DNA from: Escherichia phage vB_EcoM_HZ_ZJUN4
Length of the DNA: 64,000 bases
Strand: one strand, 5' to 3'
Sequence record: PP216085
The position numbers and the translations under genes were made by a program. The notes beneath the pieces were generated by a model. The model saw nothing but the letters and a program-made list of their open reading frames with translations, ran no database searches and was not told where the DNA came from. Below are positions 58,850 through 64,000 of this stretch, piece after piece. The stretch's first letter is position 1, and each line of letters opens with the position of its first letter.

Positions 58850-59035
58850 ATGACAAGTGAGCAGGCTTTTAAATTAAGAGAATTAATTGAGATGTATAGT
58901 AAAGCTGTTCATGCATCAACAGTTATTGATGAATCAGCTTTCTCCGGACATGCTAATAAGATTAAATACAAAACTCTTATGGAAGAAGCTAAAGTAAATC
59001 TTGATTCTTATATTGAAACTTTAATTGGTGAATAA
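58850..59035 (+). CDS. small helical protein, paralog family
   Basis: 61 aa, MTSEQAFKLRELIEMY...LDSYIETLIGE. Confidence 0.5.
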   Translation: MTSEQAFKLRELIEMYSKAVHASTVIDESAFSGHANKIKYKTLMEEAKVNLDSYIETLIGE

Positions 59036-59036
59036 C

Positions 59037-59303
59037 ATGAGCTTTCCTAAATTAGAAGTAGGCGATTTAGTCTTAACAAAATTGTGGAATGATGCTCAAT
59101 CAGTAGAAATCTGTCAATATCGTGGAGCAACAGGTAATTTGATGTACACGATTTATAACCCAGAAATTTTGTTAGAGTGTCATTTGGAACGCTTTATAAA
59201 AGACACCGATAGTATGCCTTATAGTGTATCGATTGTACGTAAATCTGATACAAAGGAATACTCTAAAATTTTAGAACAAATTCATGCCAATAAAAAGGAT
59301 TAA
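59037..59303 (+). CDS. hypothetical protein
   Basis: Start at ATG 59037 immediately after the previous stop; 88 aa. Confidence 0.5.
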   Translation: MSFPKLEVGDLVLTKLWNDAQSVEICQYRGATGNLMYTIYNPEILLECHLERFIKDTDSMPYSVSIVRKSDTKEYSKILEQIHANKKD

Positions 59304-59304
59304 T

Positions 59305-59835
59305 ATGAAACGATTAGTACTAGAAGTTAGTTCACTTTTTGGTGAATTGGCTATAGAAAAAGTAAATAATATGTATCGTTTGACGCAAGAAGACGATATG
59401 CTATATTTTACGCCTAGCGAAATTATTCATTTAACCCAAATTGAAAAACCTTACACTGATAAAATTGTAAGCATTAATGATGAGCATAAAATTCATTTTT
59501 ATTCTTTATGCCCAGGATTTAATATTGAAAGCGAGTCAATATGCTTATCAATTAATAATTGGGATAATTTTATAGCTAAGATTAAATATTTCTATTATTC
59601 TAATGAAAGAAAACATGGTTTAAAATGGTTTAAAAATTGCAATGCTATTATTACTAACGCTTGTAATCAAAATTATGAAACTGTTTTAAATGTATCAAAA
59701 TGCTATGAAGAGGGAGATGTCTTAACTATTCGTCAATCGGTAAATGATGTTAATGTTGTTGTATTAAACAAAGAAGAAGCTGTTTTATTAAAGACTTATC
59801 TTGATTCTGTCATTCCAACTATGATTTCAAAGTGA
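59305..59835 (+). CDS. hypothetical protein, tandem paralog A
   Basis: Start at ATG 59305 (AAGGA RBS); C-terminus ...EEAVLLKTYLDSVIPTMISK. Confidence 0.5.
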   Translation: MKRLVLEVSSLFGELAIEKVNNMYRLTQEDDMLYFTPSEIIHLTQIEKPYTDKIVSINDEHKIHFYSLCPGFNIESESICLSINNWDNFIAKIKYFYYSNERKHGLKWFKNCNAIITNACNQNYETVLNVSKCYEEGDVLTIRQSVNDVNVVVLNKEEAVLLKTYLDSVIPTMISK

Positions 59836-59841
59836 GGAAAT

Positions 59842-60363
59842 ATGTTTATTTCAAGTGGAAGTGGTTTAATTCGTGTTGAATTTAAAAATGACATCTTTCT
59901 TATTCAAGGAGATGATATTATTAAAATGAGTTATGACGAAATCAAGAAAATTTGTCATGCTCTTGAAAGTCATGGAAAAGTGAACGCTGTTATTGATATT
60001 GGCGATTTATGGGTGACACTTTATGAAGTATCCGAAGGATTTAACATTGAAGATGAAAATAACATTTTAGCTATTGATAAAAGAAGTGATTTGTTTGATG
60101 TATTAAAAATTTATGAACAGCCAAATGGCGGAAGAAAAGCTGTATTGATTTATCAAAAACCGCATTCATGCGGAACTGCTTCAATCATTTCAAATATTGA
60201 AGATGAAACTGATACTTATATGTGTGTTTTAAAAGCTGGTGGTGATCGTCATCCGGATTTTATTTCTATTCGTCAAAACAATGAAGAAATTTCATTATCA
60301 AAATCAGAAGCTGAAGCTATGATTAAGTATTTAACAACTGTTACACCTTCAATGAAAGGATAG
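59842..60363 (+). CDS. hypothetical protein, tandem paralog B
   Basis: 173 aa; C-terminus ...SEAEAMIKYLTTVTPSMKG parallels the upstream gene. Confidence 0.5.
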   Translation: MFISSGSGLIRVEFKNDIFLIQGDDIIKMSYDEIKKICHALESHGKVNAVIDIGDLWVTLYEVSEGFNIEDENNILAIDKRSDLFDVLKIYEQPNGGRKAVLIYQKPHSCGTASIISNIEDETDTYMCVLKAGGDRHPDFISIRQNNEEISLSKSEAEAMIKYLTTVTPSMKG

Positions 60364-60365
60364 TT

Positions 60366-60827
60366 ATGATTATTAATGAAAGCTCTTGGCACTATAAATT
60401 ATTCAAAATGTTTAATGATGAATGGAAACGACCTAAGACACTGTGCGCGTATTTTTGGTCTATTGTTATTCCTACATTTTTCGTTTCTTTTTTCGGATGT
60501 ACTATACTCGCAGGTCTAACTATCATCTGCGCAGAAATCATACAGAAATGGCTTATTTTTGGTAGTTTATGGACTCTTATTCCATCAGCATTTATACTTG
60601 CCATTTTGCTTGTTTTACTTATTATCGGTTCATTTGTTATTCCTGCACATTTGCGTGAAAAATATAAAGATTATAAATGGAAAAAGGATTATGCTTTACA
60701 TGTAGAAAATATTGATAGGGCGTATAAAGGTTTACCTCCTATTCAACCCAAGAAATCTATTATCGTCAAATTTTTAAAAGCCCGTAAAGCTAAAGTATGT
60801 CCTGTTATTGAATATAAGGCTGAATGA
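60366..60827 (+). CDS. membrane protein (two predicted TM helices)
   Basis: 153 aa with two long hydrophobic segments; ATGA overlap with the downstream gene. Confidence 0.5.
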   Translation: MIINESSWHYKLFKMFNDEWKRPKTLCAYFWSIVIPTFFVSFFGCTILAGLTIICAEIIQKWLIFGSLWTLIPSAFILAILLVLLIIGSFVIPAHLREKYKDYKWKKDYALHVENIDRAYKGLPPIQPKKSIIVKFLKARKAKVCPVIEYKAE

Positions 60828-61837
60828 TGAAAACAGTAATGAAAAGCTATTTTGGTAGTCATCTTTATGGAACTTCTACTCCAGAATCTGATGTAGATTT
60901 TAAAGAAATCTTTGTTCCTCCTGCTCGCGATATTCTTATCGGAAATGTTAAAGAGCATATGAGTAAAAACACTAACAACACATCATCTAAAAACACTAAA
61001 GATGATATTGACCATGAACTATACAGTCTTAAATATTTCTTTAAATTAGCAGCAGATGGTGAAACTGTAGCATTGGATATGCTCCACACTCCACCTGAAC
61101 TGGTAGTTAAATCTGATTTGCCTGATGTATGGAAGTTTATTCAAGACAATCGTTCTCGTTTTTATACAACTAACATGAAATCTTATTTAGGATATGTCCG
61201 CAAGCAAGCTTCTAAATATGGTGTCAAGGGTTCTCGTTTGGCCGCATTGCGTGATGTATTGAAAGTAGTTAATCAAATCCCCGATCAGTGGGTTGATTAT
61301 CAAGAAGACGGTTCCATTAAGCAGCGTCGCACTAAAGTTGAAGATATTAAGCATCGTCTTCCAGAAAACGAATTCTGTGAATGGGTGTTCCATAATCATG
61401 AGAAAACAGGCCCACAAATGTTCTATACTGTGTTGGGTCGTAAATATCAGACAACTCTTTCTCTTATTGAGCTTAAGCAGTCTTTGAATAAACTTGATGC
61501 TGAATACGGCGAACGTGCTCGTAAAGCTGAAGCGAATGAGGGCATTGACTGGAAAGCACTGAGTCATGCTTGCCGCGGTGGACTCCAACTATTGGAAATT
61601 TACAAAACTGGTGACTTAGTCTATCCACTTCAAGATGCTCCGTTTATTCTCGACGTGAAGCTGGGTAAACATCCATTTAAAACTGTTCAAGAGTTTTTGG
61701 AAGATGTGGTCGATCAAGTAGAAGCAGCATCCATTGAAGCTTCTAAGAACGGTATGCAGCAAAAAGTAGACATGGGTTTCTGGGATGACTTCCTTGAGAG
61801 GGTTTATCTTGAAAACCACCGAAGTTATTATAAATGA
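60824..61837 (+). CDS. nucleotidyltransferase-fold protein (Pol-beta-like)
   Basis: 337 aa; N-terminal GSHLYGTSTPESDVDF fits the NTase G[SG]...[DE]h[DE] signature. Confidence 0.5.
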   Translation: MMKTVMKSYFGSHLYGTSTPESDVDFKEIFVPPARDILIGNVKEHMSKNTNNTSSKNTKDDIDHELYSLKYFFKLAADGETVALDMLHTPPELVVKSDLPDVWKFIQDNRSRFYTTNMKSYLGYVRKQASKYGVKGSRLAALRDVLKVVNQIPDQWVDYQEDGSIKQRRTKVEDIKHRLPENEFCEWVFHNHEKTGPQMFYTVLGRKYQTTLSLIELKQSLNKLDAEYGERARKAEANEGIDWKALSHACRGGLQLLEIYKTGDLVYPLQDAPFILDVKLGKHPFKTVQEFLEDVVDQVEAASIEASKNGMQQKVDMGFWDDFLERVYLENHRSYYK

Positions 61838-61839
61838 TA

Positions 61840-61868
61840 GGGAGCCTTCGGGCTCCCTTTTTTGTTTA
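61840..61868 (+). terminator. intrinsic terminator
   Basis: GGGAGCC-TTCG-GGCTCCC then TTTTTTTGTTT. Confidence 0.75.
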
Positions 61869-61886
61869 AAATGACGTCACAAAGTT

Positions 61887-61916
61887 GTTTACAGGCATAA
61901 AGCTTTATGGTATTAT
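61887..61916 (+). promoter_or_regulatory. T4-type early promoter
   Basis: GTTTAC, spacer, GGTATTATACAACTATCAAC. Confidence 0.6.
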
Positions 61917-61950
61917 ACAACTATCAACTGATACGGATTTGGAGAATAAA

Positions 61951-62919
61951 ATGAAAACTGTAACTATCAATAAGGGTATCTACTTCGGTAAAGAAATCTC
62001 TGGAACTTTTGAGCTCTTAGGCGAATGGTTCCCAGATAATGCTCCGGTAGATGCACAAGGAGATGGTAAAGTTTTTGTTGAAATTGACGGCAAACGCCGC
62101 GGTGTTTGGGTTTACAAATCAGATATTTCATATGATGGTGTAAAAGTTGAAGAAGTTAAAGAATCATATGAAGATATGAAAACCCGCATTAATAAAAGAT
62201 TTAATGTTATGGGAATGATGACGAATGGTATTATTAACGGAAATATTCGTTCATTAATTATCTCTGGTGCGGCGGGTATTGGTAAAACGTATTCTTTAGA
62301 TAAAGCTTTGAATAAAGCAAATGATAATGGATACATTGAATATAAAAGCATTAATGGTAAAATCTCTGGTATCGGTCTTTATGAACAGCTTTGGAATAAT
62401 CGTGAAGAGAATTCTGTCCTTTTGATTGATGATGTGGATGTTTTCTCTGATATGGACATTCTTAATCTTCTGAAAGCTGCTCTGGACACTGGAGAGTCCC
62501 GTAAAGTCTGCTGGAGCACTGAATCTTCTTACTTAGAAGAAAAAGACATTGACCGTGAGTTTGAATTTAAAGGAACGATTGTTTTTATCACAAACGTTGA
62601 CATTGACCGCGAATTAGACCGTGGTACTAAACTTGCTCCACACTTACAAGCATTAGTGTCCCGCTCAGTTTATTTGGATTTGGGTGTTCACACTAATGAA
62701 GAAATTATGGTCAGGGTTGAAGATGTTATTCTTTCAACTGACATGATGCAAAAGCGCGGTCTTTCTGATGAAGAAACTTATAAAGCATTATCATGGATGA
62801 AAGTTAATGTTAATCGTTTACGCAATGTTTCACTGCGTACTGCTCTTTATCTTGCTGACTTTATTATGACCGACAAAAACGGTTGGGAAGAAATTGCTGA
62901 GGTTACTCTTCTGAAATAA
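61951..62919 (+). CDS. AAA+/P-loop ATPase
   Basis: Start at ATG 61951 with GGAGA RBS (322 aa); Walker A GAAGIGKT, Walker B VLLIDDVD. Confidence 0.6.
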   Translation: MKTVTINKGIYFGKEISGTFELLGEWFPDNAPVDAQGDGKVFVEIDGKRRGVWVYKSDISYDGVKVEEVKESYEDMKTRINKRFNVMGMMTNGIINGNIRSLIISGAAGIGKTYSLDKALNKANDNGYIEYKSINGKISGIGLYEQLWNNREENSVLLIDDVDVFSDMDILNLLKAALDTGESRKVCWSTESSYLEEKDIDREFEFKGTIVFITNVDIDRELDRGTKLAPHLQALVSRSVYLDLGVHTNEEIMVRVEDVILSTDMMQKRGLSDEETYKALSWMKVNVNRLRNVSLRTALYLADFIMTDKNGWEEIAEVTLLK

Positions 62920-63020
62920 TTCATAAGAGGACTTCTATGACAAAAAGGCAGTTCAGAAATAGATTATATGGACTGCCATCAAAAAGATGACTAGAATTAA
63001 ACTGGTGAATGGAGGTAGTG

Positions 63021-63323
63021 ATGTTATACTCAAAGGCTCGTGAAATTTACGAAACTAAGATTAAAGAAGCTGTATTTCAATTCGCAACGACAATGCGATG
63101 GACAAATGACTGGGAGTATTCAAAAAATCATAAGAAGCCCATGGTGACAAGAAAGGCTCATATGTTAGTGTTAATAGACCGTGAGCAGATTAAAGCCCGA
63201 GAAGCCCTCCAGAATCATAAAAAGGCTGCCTTTGAATGGTTTATGGATAACACTGCACCCGAGACTAAGAAAGCAGTGAGCGCATGGTTCAGTGGAAAAA
63301 ATTGTGAAAGAAGTTTCTTTTAG
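63021..63323 (+). CDS. hypothetical protein
   Basis: ATG 63021 with GGAGG RBS; 100 aa. Confidence 0.5.
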   Translation: MLYSKAREIYETKIKEAVFQFATTMRWTNDWEYSKNHKKPMVTRKAHMLVLIDREQIKAREALQNHKKAAFEWFMDNTAPETKKAVSAWFSGKNCERSFF

Positions 63324-63325
63324 TG

Positions 63326-63355
63326 GTTTACAAGACTGTTCCTCTGTGGTACTAT
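63326..63355 (+). promoter_or_regulatory. T4-type early promoter
   Basis: GTTTAC, spacer, GTGGTACTATACAACTATCAAC. Confidence 0.6.
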
Positions 63356-63383
63356 ACAACTATCAACTACGGAGGAACAGAAA

Positions 63384-63911
63384 ATGAACGCTAAAGATAT
63401 TTTCAACCTGGTAAATTACAACGATGGTAAATTTAAATCTGAAGCACAAAGCAAGTTCTTTAATGACATCTCAATCGGAGGTGAAATCACTGTTGATGGA
63501 GGACAAATTTACAAATCCCGTTGGAATTGGATCGTTATTATTGATGAGATCGGTATTGTAGAAATTTACAAGAATACGAATAAAAATCGTACATTACACT
63601 GGTCTCGTGATACTAACGAACAGTACAAAAAGGATAAAGCATCTAAAATGTCTCGTGTAACTCAAGAAGATATTGAGTTCATCAAGAAAGATATTTTAAT
63701 GTATGATAACTTAATTGCTGAAGAGCAAGCTGTTATTGATAAATTTGATGAGATTAAAGCTTCTCGTGAAATTCCTGATTTTATGAAAGAATCAGTAAAT
63801 GAACGATACTCTCTCATTTCAGAGCGTATTGAAACTTACAAAAAGCAAAGAGCTGAACGCCAAAATACTCTTCGGAAGTTTGAAGAACGGTTAAAGACGG
63901 TACTCGCATAA
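63384..63911 (+). CDS. hypothetical protein
   Basis: 175-aa ORF with GGAGGA RBS behind an early promoter. Confidence 0.5.
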   Translation: MNAKDIFNLVNYNDGKFKSEAQSKFFNDISIGGEITVDGGQIYKSRWNWIVIIDEIGIVEIYKNTNKNRTLHWSRDTNEQYKKDKASKMSRVTQEDIEFIKKDILMYDNLIAEEQAVIDKFDEIKASREIPDFMKESVNERYSLISERIETYKKQRAERQNTLRKFEERLKTVLA

Positions 63912-64000
63912 CCGCTTTATACCAAGGATGGTATAATGGTTCTAAGCCCTTTTAATTGAGATTATTATGAAACAGTTGATAATTAAAAGATTGAATTTAT

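Overview
This window is a contiguous piece of a T4-like (T-even, Tequatrovirus-type) myovirus genome, read here antiparallel to the usual T4 map. All calls rest on reading the sequence and the supplied ORF track against what I remember of T4; no database search or folding program was run. Positions 1-39595 are almost entirely the late morphogenesis block in T4 order: baseplate hub 28(partial)/27/51/26/25, uvsY and uvsW, inh, hoc, rnlB, then 24-23-22-21-68-67-20-19-18-17-16-15-14-13-wac-12-11-10-9-8-7-6-5.4-5.1-5-53 on the minus strand. Positions 39643-43376 carry 4, 2, 3, 1, 57A, 57B (Acb1) and ipI. Positions 43395-51742 form the plastic ip/tRNA/e locus: a ten-tRNA cluster, a tRNA-like non-coding region, two unrecognised ORFs that start with a T4-type capsid targeting sequence (CTS), nudE, lysozyme e and two further CTS-bearing internal proteins. 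Positions 51883-63911 are an early-gene accessory region containing regB, tk and rI plus many small ORFs of unknown function. It is not T4 itself: no ORF is present at the segD or segE positions, no segB or denV-like ORF is seen, and the tRNA set and internal-protein repertoire differ. The most interesting material is the pair of unrecognised CTS proteins flanked by a duplicated terminator, the extra tRNA-Tyr-like and tRNA-Asn genes, and the accessory genes at the right end (macro-domain protein, membrane protein plus nucleotidyltransferase-fold protein, AAA+ ATPase, and a tandem family of ~60-aa proteins). No CRISPR array or integrase/transposase was seen.
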